NCBI GenBank assembly: GCA_037439545.1
Contig: JBBIVV010000002.1
Location: 1-64,000, forward strand
Length of the DNA stretch: 64,000 nucleotides
Origin: a bacterium
GTDB taxonomy: Bacteria > JAMCPX01
Direction: 5' to 3'
Made by a program: the position numbers and the translations under genes. Shown here piece after piece: positions 30,759 through 40,918 of the stretch (the stretch's first letter is position 1; the number at the start of each line of letters is the position of its first letter). A model generated the notes under the pieces. The model saw nothing but the letters and a program-made list of their open reading frames with translations, did no database searches and was not told where the DNA came from.

Positions 30759-31803
30759 CTGTTTTCAGTCTTGCTTTTTTTGCTCTCAGCTCATTTTTTG
30801 CCCCTTGGACCATTTTAACCGTAATATAGGTGCACAGTACGATAACGAGTCCGAAAATAATAGCCGTAGAAATATTCAGGGATAGATGCTCGAAGCTACG
30901 GAATTTACTTGCAAACTGCTTCAGAAATATTGATATAAAAACACCTATGACAGATAAACCGAAGGCATATTTGATTGCAAAGCCTTTTATATATTTCGTC
31001 GCAATTGTCCCTATCTGAGCACCGGCTGCTGCGCCCAGTATCATGATTAATGCAGCGGCGAGTTCTGTCCTTCCTTTCATGGTGTAGGTGAAAGTTCCAT
31101 ATAATCCGGAGAACATTACTCCGTAGAGGCTTGTCCCAACAGCCACATGTGTAGGGCAGCCAATGAGATAAATGAACGCAGGTAAAACTATTAACCCCCC
31201 TCCTATTCCCAGTGTACCGGATATGAGGCCTATAAAGAAGCTTATCAGGACAGGCAGCCATAAAGAACAGTATACCCCTGCCGTTTTAAAATGTATCATG
31301 GGCGGGATCTTTATCCTGTGTAATCGCTTATACCAGTCTATTCCAACGGCTGTTTCTTCGGTGCCGCCAATTACAAACTGTTTCTTTTGTTTTGAGATAT
31401 CTACAAATACAGTCCAGGCTATAAGCGTAAGTAATGCCATATAGCAGTATCTTATTACCGCTCCGACAATACCGAGATGTTCAAGGTACATTACGAGTCT
31501 TGCCCCCAGTTCTACCCCGGCAAGCGTACCGATTATCATAATGGTCCCGAGTTTGTAATCGACATTGCCGAATTTTGCGTGTCTCATCGTGGATACTATG
31601 GAATTGGCCGACATTTGGGCAAGGTCAGTGCCGATGGCAAAGCTTATGGGAAAGCCGAGGATATTTAAACCAGGCGTAACAAGCCATCCACCGCCGACAC
31701 CAAAAAAACCTCCAATAACGCCAACGCCAAAACCGAGTACAACGAGTCCGGGCCAGAATATTAAGACTCCTGAGATAGGCATGTGTATATACGCCCAATC
31801 CAT
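30748..31803 (-). CDS. TauE/SafE family transporter, copy 2
   Basis: GGFFGVGGGWLVTPGL, RHAKFGNVDYKLG, GIGGGLIVLP..IYLIGCPTHVAVGTSL. Confidence 0.9.
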   Translation of the reverse strand: MDWAYIHMPISGVLIFWPGLVVLGFGVGVIGGFFGVGGGWLVTPGLNILGFPISFAIGTDLAQMSANSIVSTMRHAKFGNVDYKLGTIMIIGTLAGVELGARLVMYLEHLGIVGAVIRYCYMALLTLIAWTVFVDISKQKKQFVIGGTEETAVGIDWYKRLHRIKIPPMIHFKTAGVYCSLWLPVLISFFIGLISGTLGIGGGLIVLPAFIYLIGCPTHVAVGTSLYGVMFSGLYGTFTYTMKGRTELAAALIMILGAAAGAQIGTIATKYIKGFAIKYAFGLSVIGVFISIFLKQFASKFRSFEHLSLNISTAIIFGLVIVLCTYITVKMVQGAKNELRAKKARLKTDDS

Positions 31804-31814
31804 ACTACCTCCTT

Positions 31815-32117
31815 TTAGTGAGACCGTGATCTTAAGTCAAGTCCAATTTTACCGATTATAATATCTGCTATCTTGGCAAGTATTAAGCCAATGACCGGCA
31901 GGATGATTATGGTTACCAGTGCGCAGTATAATTTATTGGTATTATACAGGGTAGCGTACCACAGCATGAAACCGGAAAGCCCTTCGGTGTTGGCAATGAA
32001 GGAAAGTGGCTGCGTTTTTTCTTCCGAAGCAAGGAGGTTTACCGGGAACAAAACAAGAGAGGATAGCAGCACTATAGCTCCTGTCTTAATGTTTTTCACT
32101 GGAGAGTTTTTTACCAT
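31815..32117 (-). CDS. Small membrane protein (DVU0150-like) preceding TauE
   Basis: Start MVKN after a GGAGGT RBS; signal-like N-terminus, LYNTNKLYCALVT...G..L...AD......GLDLRSRSH; family name recalled, needs HMM confirmation. Confidence 0.7.
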   Translation of the reverse strand: MVKNSPVKNIKTGAIVLLSSLVLFPVNLLASEEKTQPLSFIANTEGLSGFMLWYATLYNTNKLYCALVTIIILPVIGLILAKIADIIIGKIGLDLRSRSH

Positions 32118-32127
32118 TTTTACCTCC

Positions 32128-32182
32128 ATAAATATTGTATACAGTATACAATATTTATAAATTACAAAAAGACCGCTGTCAA
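32128..32182 (-). promoter_or_regulatory. Internal sigma70 promoter with a perfect 31-bp operator palindrome
   Basis: ATAAATATTGTATAC-A-GTATACAATATTTAT (32128-32158); minus-strand TTGACA (32177-32182)-N17-TATAAA. Confidence 0.8.
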
Positions 32183-32188
32183 GCGTAA

Positions 32189-32626
32189 TCAATACGGTTG
32201 TTCACGGCCGGAGTGTGAATTCTTTGCCTCTGCCTTCAGTATCTTCTCATCCTGCTGCTTTTTTCTCTCATACGCATCTCTGATCTTTTTGATAAGCTCA
32301 TCAATGTCAGTGGGCTTCATAAGATAATCAAAAGCGCCCTTCTTCATGCCTTCAATCCCGGATTGTATAGATGCATAGCCGGTCAACAAAATTACCTCTA
32401 CAAGCGGCTGTACCTGTTTTATCTCGCCAAGCAGCGTTATACCGTCCATTTCAGGCATCCTGACATCGATTACTGCAACATCAAACTGCTCTTTTTTGAT
32501 CTTTTCCATCGCATCTTTTCCGCTTGTTGTATAAAGGGTGTTAAAGCCCCGTTTATTGAGTCTCTTTGCGAGAGTCTCGACGAATTCTATTTCATCGTCT
32601 ACAAGCAGTACATTAATACTATCCAT
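32189..32626 (-). CDS. Single-domain response regulator (receiver + short helical tail)
   Basis: VLLVDDE, DVRMPEMDG, LTG, GAFDYLMKP. Confidence 0.92.
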   Translation of the reverse strand: MDSINVLLVDDEIEFVETLAKRLNKRGFNTLYTTSGKDAMEKIKKEQFDVAVIDVRMPEMDGITLLGEIKQVQPLVEVILLTGYASIQSGIEGMKKGAFDYLMKPTDIDELIKKIRDAYERKKQQDEKILKAEAKNSHSGREQPY

Positions 32627-32644
32627 ATTATTTCACCTCCCTGG

Positions 32645-34333
32645 CTATACCTGCAGTCCGCTATGCCGGTCACCATGATTGTCCGGCAGGTAGATTATAA
32701 AAGTGCTGCCTTTATCTACTTCACTTTCGACGGAGATCTTTCCTCCGAATCCCTTTACAATATCATAACATATCGAAAGCCCGAGTCCTGTTCCTCCTTT
32801 ATGAAGTTTGGTTGAAAAGAACGGCTCAAATATTCTTGGCAAATATTCAGCAGGCATACCTGCACCGGTGTCCTTAATTCTTATTTCAACCCCGCCGCTG
32901 AGCTCCCCGGTAGACAAGATTATTTCTCCCTTGCCTTTTATCGCGTCCATCGCATTGGTAATTATATTTAAAAAGACCTGTTCAATCTGTGAAGCATTCC
33001 CGTGCCAGAGAGGGAGATCCTGCTGATATTTTTTTGAGAAAAGTATATTCTCATGCTTTGCTTCCTTTTCAAGGAAGAATATCGCCTCGTCAATCAATTG
33101 ATTTATATGGACCGGTTCAATGCCTTCGCCGACCCGTCTTGAGAAACCGAGCAGTCTTGATGTTATACTCTTGCACCGATCTATCTGTTTTTTTATTTGC
33201 TGTATGCTTTTCCGGAATTCATCATAATCGATTTTTGTGCCTTTTTCTGTCGTCTCCTTTATTAAATCATTCATCCATCCGGATTCATTGTTTATTATCG
33301 CGGCAGGGTTATTGATTTCATGGGCGATGCCTGCTGCAAGCCTTCCGATGGCAGCCATTTTTTCAGCCTGTATCAATTGATTGTTCAGAGTAGCCCTGTG
33401 CATATCGGCTGCGTACAGTTTATTGGTAAACCACGTTGACACGACAAAGGAAATTAAAAAAATACAAAGCAGACCAGACAAGAACAGCAATTTCCCGATT
33501 TTCATTGCTCCGGTGAGTGGCTCAATATTGTTCTTCATCGCCTGGAGAACGACAACGACCCAATCGCTATTTGTAATCCATGATTCTGCGCAATAAAACG
33601 AATTGTTATTGTTATCCCTGACTTCGGTTATTTTTGTGTCTGCGTATGGCTGCTCGGGAGTCAGAAAAGATTTTTGCGCAATATCACCACCCTCTGAGGG
33701 AGGTATCTGGTAAATGCCGTCTTCATTGAGGATGAATGCTTCGACAGGGGCCTCTACCTCTGCTATTCGCATAAGTGATTTCAGTGCATCCGTATTTATG
33801 GTGCTGCGGATTATGAATGTTTTGCCGTCGGAAGGTTTTTTCACGGCTATTATGAAATGCGGAAATCTTCTGAATCCCAGGAAAACATCACTTTTATAAA
33901 TACCCCTTACCATTGCCTCTTTGAACCATTTCTCGTTCGTATAATTCATTCCGCTCAGGCTGTAAGGTCCAACATAATTTACCGCACTGCCATGCTGATC
34001 GACAATGCTGATATCGACATAATCCTTTCCTTCTTTTTGAAGAGATTCAAAGATTCTTTCAAGATTTTTTTGTTTGCTTAAATAGTCATAGGTATACATA
34101 TTACCGATGACCGAGAGTTGTTCGGTCTTTTCCTTCAAGAACAGTTCTATTGCGTCCTTTCTGTTTTCCGCGATATTTATAAGGACACTCTCTATCTTGC
34201 TCCGAATTGCCTTGTTGTAATAGGACGAACTCATGAAATAAATGACCGTCAGTGGGATGAGACTGGCGAGGAAAACTGCAAAAAACAATTTATACCTGAG
34301 TAACTTATAATATCCGGGTTTTGGATTATTCAT
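32645..34333 (-). CDS. Membrane sensor histidine kinase with Cache-like periplasmic domain
   Basis: 2 TM helices, AHEINNP, NAMDA, DTGAG, FEPFFSTK..GTGLGL. Confidence 0.92.
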   Translation of the reverse strand: MNNPKPGYYKLLRYKLFFAVFLASLIPLTVIYFMSSSYYNKAIRSKIESVLINIAENRKDAIELFLKEKTEQLSVIGNMYTYDYLSKQKNLERIFESLQKEGKDYVDISIVDQHGSAVNYVGPYSLSGMNYTNEKWFKEAMVRGIYKSDVFLGFRRFPHFIIAVKKPSDGKTFIIRSTINTDALKSLMRIAEVEAPVEAFILNEDGIYQIPPSEGGDIAQKSFLTPEQPYADTKITEVRDNNNNSFYCAESWITNSDWVVVVLQAMKNNIEPLTGAMKIGKLLFLSGLLCIFLISFVVSTWFTNKLYAADMHRATLNNQLIQAEKMAAIGRLAAGIAHEINNPAAIINNESGWMNDLIKETTEKGTKIDYDEFRKSIQQIKKQIDRCKSITSRLLGFSRRVGEGIEPVHINQLIDEAIFFLEKEAKHENILFSKKYQQDLPLWHGNASQIEQVFLNIITNAMDAIKGKGEIILSTGELSGGVEIRIKDTGAGMPAEYLPRIFEPFFSTKLHKGGTGLGLSICYDIVKGFGGKISVESEVDKGSTFIIYLPDNHGDRHSGLQV

Positions 34334-36945
34334 AGAACGTCATACCTCTGTGCTTTGAAAGCATTGTAGTATTTATCTATATCATTGTCCGTAACCATGG
34401 CTATATCGAGCCTGTTGACGAAACCGAGCAGTCTTCCGAGGAACTCCAACTTTTCCTGCATTTGATTTTCAGTGAGGTTCTGGATATTTGAGTTAATCAC
34501 ATCCATGGTACGGATAGATTTATAACCGGCATCGCGGAGTGTTTTCTCTATGAGAGCTGTCCTTCTGCTGCGCCGGTCAAGTGCATTCGCACCGCCGCTA
34601 AATCTGAAATTTATATAATTGGATTCGTGAAGCTCGCCGATGTAAGCATCGACAGTGGCAAAATGATAGCCTACCCTCGAGTTGAAATTCATGTAATTCT
34701 TAGAAATAAAGACATAACTCGGCGAACCAAGACCGCGCATTGAAGTGCTTTCATCGATCATATAGTTAGTCATTGCCGCAAACATTCCCGATACATCTAT
34801 ATTCCTTTCACCCGACCATTTAATGCCTTTATGCATCATACCTTTCCAAAGGGCCTGCATGGGTATCGATACTACGTTCTCAAGAGAAATCCCGATATCC
34901 GGTGCATCCTCTGCAATGCCTCCTCCAAGGTCAAATGCGAGAAGGTTTACCGGAATGGGGGATGTAATCTTTCTTGCACAGGACTCTTTCGATACTTTAC
35001 TGTCACAAGTCTTGAACATCTCCTCTATCGCTATCTGATGCACGAACCTTATAATGTCATGGATGCTTTTACACTTTAAAGCCTGAGAATTCGAGTTGGC
35101 AGGATTCGGTATGTTGAGGGTAGCGATGTCTTTCAGCATATCCCTGAGCAGCAGCATAGAAGGCTGAAGGTCCGGTTTTCTGTCATTTTTCCCGGCAAGT
35201 TCTTTTACCGTACCGGCATATACTTTTTTATTGTTTGCATCAAGGGTGATATGTTTGCCGTCGGCAATAGATACGCGTCCTGTTGCGAACAGGGCGGGGA
35301 CCTGAAATTCCCGTGCGACTGCTGCAAGGTGTCCTGTTACGTCGCCGCCCTGAGAAATGACTCCAACGGCTTTATTGAGCAAAACTGCGAGTTTCGGGTC
35401 TGCTGTCGTGGTTACTATAATGCTGCCATAGGGGAACTTCATGATATCGAGACTGTTATTGACATTGAATGCCGGTGCTGATGCCGTGCCCGGTGAAGCG
35501 GTGACGCCGCGATCCGTTATAGTATGATTGAGTATCCTGAAAGGCAGCGTGTTTCTTCGTGACCGCCTGATGGACATGCCAGCTTCTCTATATTCAAGGA
35601 TATACGGTTCACCATAGTCGTCGATTGCCCATTCAATATCAATATCAGACAGGTCGGCAAGAGTTGTTTCAGGAGCGGGTTTATATAATTGAGGCCTGCA
35701 TTGCAGTATAAAAATATTCAGCCTTGCATCTATCGCCCATTCGATATCAAGGGGCATTTTATAAATTTTATCGAGCTTCTGCCCTATGCCGGAGAGCTCA
35801 GAGAGCTGATCGCTTGCAATGCAGGGGGCATTTCTGTAGGGTTCCTGTATTCCGGCCTCTTTTGTTCCCACTATATCACACACCAGAGATGTATGCTTTT
35901 CTCCTGGAATTGACACCACAGTCCTTTTTAATTCATTATTGTAAATATAGGTGTCAGGCACGAGAGTGCCATTGACAATATATAACCCAAGCCCGTAAAC
36001 GGCTTGAATCATCGATTGATTGAGGTTCTGCCACGAGGTAAACATGACACCGGATGATTTCGCATCTATCATATGCTGTACTGCAACTGGCATACATATA
36101 TCTTCTATATTAAAACTGTGAGCTACTGCATAGACCATTGCCTCCGGGGTAAACTTACTTGCAACGACTTCAAGGTATGCATTCAGGACTTCATCTTCCG
36201 GTATGTTCAGTAAGGTCCTGTACTGACCGGCAAAGCTCGTATAAGCATTTGATTCAAATAAGGCAGAGCTTCTTACAGAAACCCGCAAATCGGCAGGAGC
36301 ATATGCCTTTAGAACTTTCAGCGCATTCTGGATTTCTTCTTTAAGTATGTCCGGTACCCGTGCATTCATGATGAGCTTCTGAAGCTGGCTGCTTGCCTGG
36401 AAAATGCCTTCTATGTCTTTGAAATCTATGCTGTCAAGCAAAGAACCTATCTGTTCATCAAGATGATTTTCCTTCAACAAGAGTGAATAGGCACTCTCTG
36501 TAATGGCAAAGCCGTCCGGCACAAGAACCGGTGTTTTATTTCTTATATCGCAGAGGAAAGCTATTTTTTCACCGACAATATCGATATAAGAATGATCTAT
36601 CTCCGAAAACGGGATGATAAACTTATGTATTACTTCCCTGTGCCTGTTATTTCCTCTCTCCCCGAGTTTGTTTCTCAGGCGTGATGAAATGGCATCGTAG
36701 ACCTTATATAAATTGCCGTACCTGTCGTCACTCAATGCATTGATGCTTTTTATCATTTTAAACGTGTTGACAAAGATGTCCGTGATCAGTTTTGTGGTGA
36801 GTTGAGAATTTCCCCTTTCATTTTCATGATACTGCTCTTGTAACCGGGCAATGGCCTCCAACGCAGTATTATTTGCATCAATAATATCGCGGAAATTTTT
36901 AATTCTTACGTGTAAATCAAAGGGTGTATTAAATTTTCCCGCCAT
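34330..36945 (-). CDS. PEP-synthase-like protein #3 (internal duplication of the DIEWAID segment)
   Basis: VPDGFAIT, VRSSA....SFAGQY, TGHLAAVARE, DIIRFVHQ, RVGYHFAT. Confidence 0.85.
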   Translation of the reverse strand: MAGKFNTPFDLHVRIKNFRDIIDANNTALEAIARLQEQYHENERGNSQLTTKLITDIFVNTFKMIKSINALSDDRYGNLYKVYDAISSRLRNKLGERGNNRHREVIHKFIIPFSEIDHSYIDIVGEKIAFLCDIRNKTPVLVPDGFAITESAYSLLLKENHLDEQIGSLLDSIDFKDIEGIFQASSQLQKLIMNARVPDILKEEIQNALKVLKAYAPADLRVSVRSSALFESNAYTSFAGQYRTLLNIPEDEVLNAYLEVVASKFTPEAMVYAVAHSFNIEDICMPVAVQHMIDAKSSGVMFTSWQNLNQSMIQAVYGLGLYIVNGTLVPDTYIYNNELKRTVVSIPGEKHTSLVCDIVGTKEAGIQEPYRNAPCIASDQLSELSGIGQKLDKIYKMPLDIEWAIDARLNIFILQCRPQLYKPAPETTLADLSDIDIEWAIDDYGEPYILEYREAGMSIRRSRRNTLPFRILNHTITDRGVTASPGTASAPAFNVNNSLDIMKFPYGSIIVTTTADPKLAVLLNKAVGVISQGGDVTGHLAAVAREFQVPALFATGRVSIADGKHITLDANNKKVYAGTVKELAGKNDRKPDLQPSMLLLRDMLKDIATLNIPNPANSNSQALKCKSIHDIIRFVHQIAIEEMFKTCDSKVSKESCARKITSPIPVNLLAFDLGGGIAEDAPDIGISLENVVSIPMQALWKGMMHKGIKWSGERNIDVSGMFAAMTNYMIDESTSMRGLGSPSYVFISKNYMNFNSRVGYHFATVDAYIGELHESNYINFRFSGGANALDRRSRRTALIEKTLRDAGYKSIRTMDVINSNIQNLTENQMQEKLEFLGRLLGFVNRLDIAMVTDNDIDKYYNAFKAQRYDVL

Positions 36946-36965
36946 AAGTTTACAATATTTTTAAG

Positions 36966-38387
36966 TTAAAGTATGAGCGAACGAATCAACAAGTCGTGTA
37001 CACCGACCACCGTTACAGGAAGCTTATGGTAGTCAACCAGTTCTTTTAACTGTTTCTTGCAGTTTGCGCAGGGTGCAGCGAGAAGTTTCGTGCCATGAGC
37101 CTTGATAGATGCCTTTATCTGTTCAACCTTTTTTTTGCCTGAGAAATTCATTCTGAATTCATACATATCGGGGACTGTCACACTCCCGCCGCCGCCGCCG
37201 CAGCAATAATTCTTTTCACGGGTCGGCTGAAGATCTACAAAATGTTTAACAGATGCTTTAATAATGTTACGGGGTGCATCGTATATGCCAAGCCCCCTTC
37301 CGAGGTTGCAGGGATCGTGGTAGGTAACCGTCTCCTGATTTACCTCTGGATTCAGCTTTAACCTTCCGTCCTTAATAGCTTTTGCGGTGTATTCCATTAC
37401 ATTCTGGATGGGGAATTTATATTTCCCGAACACATCCATAAACAGCTTTGCAGTCTTTGTTGCATGTCCGCATTCTCCGATAAGTATCTTCTTTACCTTT
37501 AATCTCTGGGCTTCTGACAGTAATCTGTTCAGTACATCGCCGGTAACCCCGTCTGAATAGAAAAGCCCATAGTTTATTGCATCATAGAACGATGTTCCTA
37601 TTGTCCAGTCAGCGCCGGCTGCCTGCAATGCCATTGCCGTTCCCATAAGTGTATCGGCTTCCATTATGTAATCGCTGACAGGTGCAATAAACATATATTC
37701 TGCACCAACTTTGTCTCTCGGGAATTCAACGTTGTGCCCTGTCATATCCTTTATTTCATCCTGCAGGAAGTCCAGGGTATCAATAAATGCCTCTTTTGGT
37801 ATGGCTGATGTATTGCCGATGCCTTTCAGTTCCTGTGCACTGCTTAAAGTGAAGTTCTTTGGAGCAATATTCATTGCACCAAGAACACATCTCCCGATCC
37901 TCGTGAGCAGGGCATTATCAACGCCCATGGGGCATTCGACCGCGCATCTTCTGCACATTGTACACCGGTAGAAGCTTTCTATCATACTGTCTATATCTTC
38001 TTCTTTGAGTTCTGCTGCGCCTACAAGCCTGCCTAAAAGTTTCCCGCTCGTTGTATAGTATTTTCGGTACACGGATCTTAACATATTGGAGCGGTATGCA
38101 GGAAGATCTTTCTGCTCATGCGTTACCTGGTAGAGGTGGCACTGTTCAGCACAGGAATTACAGCTTGCACAAGTATTGAGGTATAGGTCGAGCAGCAATT
38201 TGTACTTCTCGTCTTTAAGAACGGCTCCCAGTGTTTCGATGAATATGGGTATACGGTTTTCCTCTACAGGATCTTCTATTGCATAGAATGGGTAGTTCCT
38301 CTTTTGTTTCTTTCCCGGCGGTTTTCCGTTTACCGGTGATTGTTTTTGTTTATTTTCCGTTTTATCATTTTTAACAGTTTGCGGCAT
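36966..38387 (-). CDS. CCG-domain FeS oxidoreductase (DsrK/HmcF/TmcB-like), copy 1
   Basis: CASCNSCAEQC, CTMCRRCAVECP, GECGH, TYHDPCN, YCCGGG, PCANC. Confidence 0.9.
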   Translation of the reverse strand: MPQTVKNDKTENKQKQSPVNGKPPGKKQKRNYPFYAIEDPVEENRIPIFIETLGAVLKDEKYKLLLDLYLNTCASCNSCAEQCHLYQVTHEQKDLPAYRSNMLRSVYRKYYTTSGKLLGRLVGAAELKEEDIDSMIESFYRCTMCRRCAVECPMGVDNALLTRIGRCVLGAMNIAPKNFTLSSAQELKGIGNTSAIPKEAFIDTLDFLQDEIKDMTGHNVEFPRDKVGAEYMFIAPVSDYIMEADTLMGTAMALQAAGADWTIGTSFYDAINYGLFYSDGVTGDVLNRLLSEAQRLKVKKILIGECGHATKTAKLFMDVFGKYKFPIQNVMEYTAKAIKDGRLKLNPEVNQETVTYHDPCNLGRGLGIYDAPRNIIKASVKHFVDLQPTREKNYCCGGGGGSVTVPDMYEFRMNFSGKKKVEQIKASIKAHGTKLLAAPCANCKKQLKELVDYHKLPVTVVGVHDLLIRSLIL

Positions 38388-38417
38388 TATAGTGCTCCTT
38401 TCCTTTCTTTTTCCTGT

Positions 38418-39086
38418 CTAATGACTTTCCCAGCTAATCTTGTCATAAGTGAAGTATTTGCTTATCATGTGAAGCATGCGGCTATTCGGGAAGTAGATGA
38501 GAAAAAATTCCGATAAAGCAAGTATACAAAGGAATAGTGGAGACCCGGGCAGAACAACCGAATGGAATGATAGTAACCCTATGAAATATTCCCGCACAAG
38601 CTGTGAATCCGGTTTGTCGAACAGTAGCAGTGCGATACTGGATACCCCTATGGCAATAAAAATTAAAAGGTTAAAATACTCAAGAGGAGAGGATATGGCC
38701 CTGAGGCCTTTATTTATCAGCCTGACGGATAAAATATACAAAGGCATAACGGTAATGAGCACAATGCCGGCTCTGAGTGCAATACCGATCTGCAGTCCTA
38801 AAACAAAGGTTATAAACCATAGCACGATAAGAACCATACCTATGTGGAACAACCATGAACCGGCCCAGAGTTTTTTATTGTTGTGGAATACTGCGCGAAA
38901 ACTAAGGATCTCTTTAAGCATGAACGCCAACTGGGCTGTTCGGCCATCCGGTATTGGATAAAGAGACCATTTGAGCGGGTGTTTTGGTGAAGCCCACTTA
39001 TATATTCTGATTGCTATACTTATCAGGAATAAGCCTGCTGCAACATAAGGCAGTACGGCACCTATCAGGAAACTAACAATGTTCAT
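38418..39086 (-). CDS. NarI/DsrM-like membrane cytochrome b subunit
   Basis: About 5 TM helices, LPYVA, WLFHIG, YFPNSRMLH; adjacent to the CCG protein. Confidence 0.8.
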   Translation of the reverse strand: MNIVSFLIGAVLPYVAAGLFLISIAIRIYKWASPKHPLKWSLYPIPDGRTAQLAFMLKEILSFRAVFHNNKKLWAGSWLFHIGMVLIVLWFITFVLGLQIGIALRAGIVLITVMPLYILSVRLINKGLRAISSPLEYFNLLIFIAIGVSSIALLLFDKPDSQLVREYFIGLLSFHSVVLPGSPLFLCILALSEFFLIYFPNSRMLHMISKYFTYDKISWESH

Positions 39087-39147
39087 AGAAACTCCTTTTA
39101 TATTAATTGGTCGATTACTACAAACATACTACAGTATATAACCGGTT

Positions 39148-39180
39148 ATGTCAAGATATTTTGTATGCAATATACTTTAT
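39148..39180. repeat. 33-bp direct repeat copy 1 (contains minus-strand -35 box and operator)
   Basis: ATGTCAAGATATTTTGTATGCAATATACTTTAT; 32/33 identical to 56980-57012. Confidence 0.85.
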
Positions 39181-39302
39181 CTAACCCATTGAAAAACCTA
39201 AATAGTTTAGTGTTTGTATTGAATTGTTATTGCTGAGTTTAAGAACAAAAGGGACGGTCACCGGGATTTAATGCAGGAGAAAAGATTGTCCCTGTATGCC
39301 AA

Positions 39303-40637
39303 TCAGAATTCTATTTTGTATTTTTTTATTTTTCTCCACAATGTGTTCCGTGATATACCAAGTTCTGCTGCTGTCGTATTGCGATTCCCATGGTTCTTTG
39401 TGAGGGCGTTACGGATAACATCAGCTTCAGCTTCCTCCAATGGATGCGCAAGGTTATCATCCGGGCCCAACTGCTGGGAAAAAGCAGCGATGATATGGGA
39501 TGGGAGGTGATCCAGACGGATAGTATCTCCGTCACAGACAACATAGGCATGTTCTATGGCATTCTCCAATTCCCGCACGTTTCCGGGAAATTCATATTTC
39601 ATCAGGGCAGCCATGACACGTTCGGAGCAGCGTAAGATACGCCGTGCCTGGACAGCATTGAAATGCTGAATAAAGTGGTTGATCAAAAGAGGGATGTCCT
39701 CTCTTCGATCGCGCAAGGGCGGCAGATTGATATTGACCACATTAAGGCGGAAGAAGAGGTCCTGACGGAACTTTTTTCGCTGTACCTCACGGGTAAGATC
39801 TTTATTGGTGGCTGCTATGATCCGCACGTTAGCCCTGATTGGCTGGTTGGAGCCAAGCGGTTCATATTCCTTCTCCTGAAGTACACGCAGAAGCTTTGAC
39901 TGAATGAGCGGAGAGAGATCGCCGACCTCGTCGAGAAAAAGCGTCCCTTTTTCCGCCCGGGCAAAACGGCCCGGTTTGTCCTTTTTTGCATCTGTGAATG
40001 CCCCGCGGGTGTAGCCAAAGAGTTCTGATTCCAACAGGGTATCCGGCAGAGCTGCACAGTTTATTGCAACAAAGGGGCACTTGCATCTGGGGCCATGATT
40101 ATGAATGGCCCTTGCCACCAGTTCCTTTCCTGTTCCGCTTTCGCCGTTGATCAGGACCGTACTCTGGCTTACGGCAACCAGCGGCAGCATTTCAAGTACG
40201 CTTTTCATTGCAGGGCTTTTCGTGATGATATCTTCGAAACTGTAAGAACTGTACAGTTGTTTCTTGAGCTCGCTTTCAGTAGAAATGTCCCTGAACATTT
40301 CCACGCCCCCGATTACTTTGCCCTCTTCATTGATCAATGCCGCAGTGGAAATAAAAATCGGAATCCTGCGTCCATTTTTTTTCAATACCTTGACCTCGCG
40401 ATTTTCGATACGCTGTTGGCTCGCAATACTCTGTTTTAAAGGACAAAGCTCCTGGCAGATATCTGTCCGGAAGATCTCGGAACAAGGTATGCCAATGACT
40501 TCTTCTCCCCGATAGCCCGTGATCTCCTCAGCTGCTTTATTGAAGGAAGTAATTCTGCTTGCCTCATCAATGGTAAAAATACCATGTGAGATAGTGTCGA
40601 AAATCAGCGGGAAGAATTTATTGTCAAGAAGTACCAT
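39303..40637 (-). CDS. PAS-domain sigma54-dependent transcriptional activator (Fis HTH); start may be 40658
   Basis: PAS, GESGTGKE, ESELFG...GAFTDA, FLDEVGD, FPGNVRELEN, C-terminal HTH LGISRNTLWRK. Confidence 0.94.
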   Translation of the reverse strand: MVLLDNKFFPLIFDTISHGIFTIDEASRITSFNKAAEEITGYRGEEVIGIPCSEIFRTDICQELCPLKQSIASQQRIENREVKVLKKNGRRIPIFISTAALINEEGKVIGGVEMFRDISTESELKKQLYSSYSFEDIITKSPAMKSVLEMLPLVAVSQSTVLINGESGTGKELVARAIHNHGPRCKCPFVAINCAALPDTLLESELFGYTRGAFTDAKKDKPGRFARAEKGTLFLDEVGDLSPLIQSKLLRVLQEKEYEPLGSNQPIRANVRIIAATNKDLTREVQRKKFRQDLFFRLNVVNINLPPLRDRREDIPLLINHFIQHFNAVQARRILRCSERVMAALMKYEFPGNVRELENAIEHAYVVCDGDTIRLDHLPSHIIAAFSQQLGPDDNLAHPLEEAEADVIRNALTKNHGNRNTTAAELGISRNTLWRKIKKYKIEF

Positions 40638-40681
40638 AATAAAAGTAATATAGTACATATGTTTTAGTATTGCAACACTTT

Positions 40682-40708
40682 AATGAGACATGTCTCATTT
40701 TTGTAACA
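40682..40708. promoter_or_regulatory. Candidate enhancer (UAS) for the adjacent sigma54 activator
   Basis: Perfect palindrome AATGAGACATGTCTCATT overlapping TGTCTCA-TTTT-TGTAACA (TGT-N12-ACA), about 140 bp upstream of the sigma54 site. Confidence 0.55.
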
Positions 40709-40839
40709 TACGTCTTCATTTTATCTTAACCGAACCAATATTATTTCCGCTAATATTTCAGAAAAAACCGTATATAACTATCTATAAACAAAGCAATATA
40801 GTTGTAAAAATATGCTTAAGAAAAAAAATATTAAATCTA

Positions 40840-40855
40840 TGGCACAGCAATTGCT
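40840..40855 (+). promoter_or_regulatory. Sigma54 promoter of the Hmc-like operon
   Basis: TGGCAC-AGCAA-TTGCT, a consensus match. Confidence 0.85.
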
Positions 40856-40918
40856 ATTTATTATTAAGGAAGAAATGGTTATTTGGGCTGAATTTTAATT
40901 TCAGTAGAAGGTGATGAT

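Noticed and set aside
32118..32192. N-terminal extension of ORF 31815-32192
   Set aside because: It overlaps the promoter and operator palindrome; the RBS supports the start at 32117
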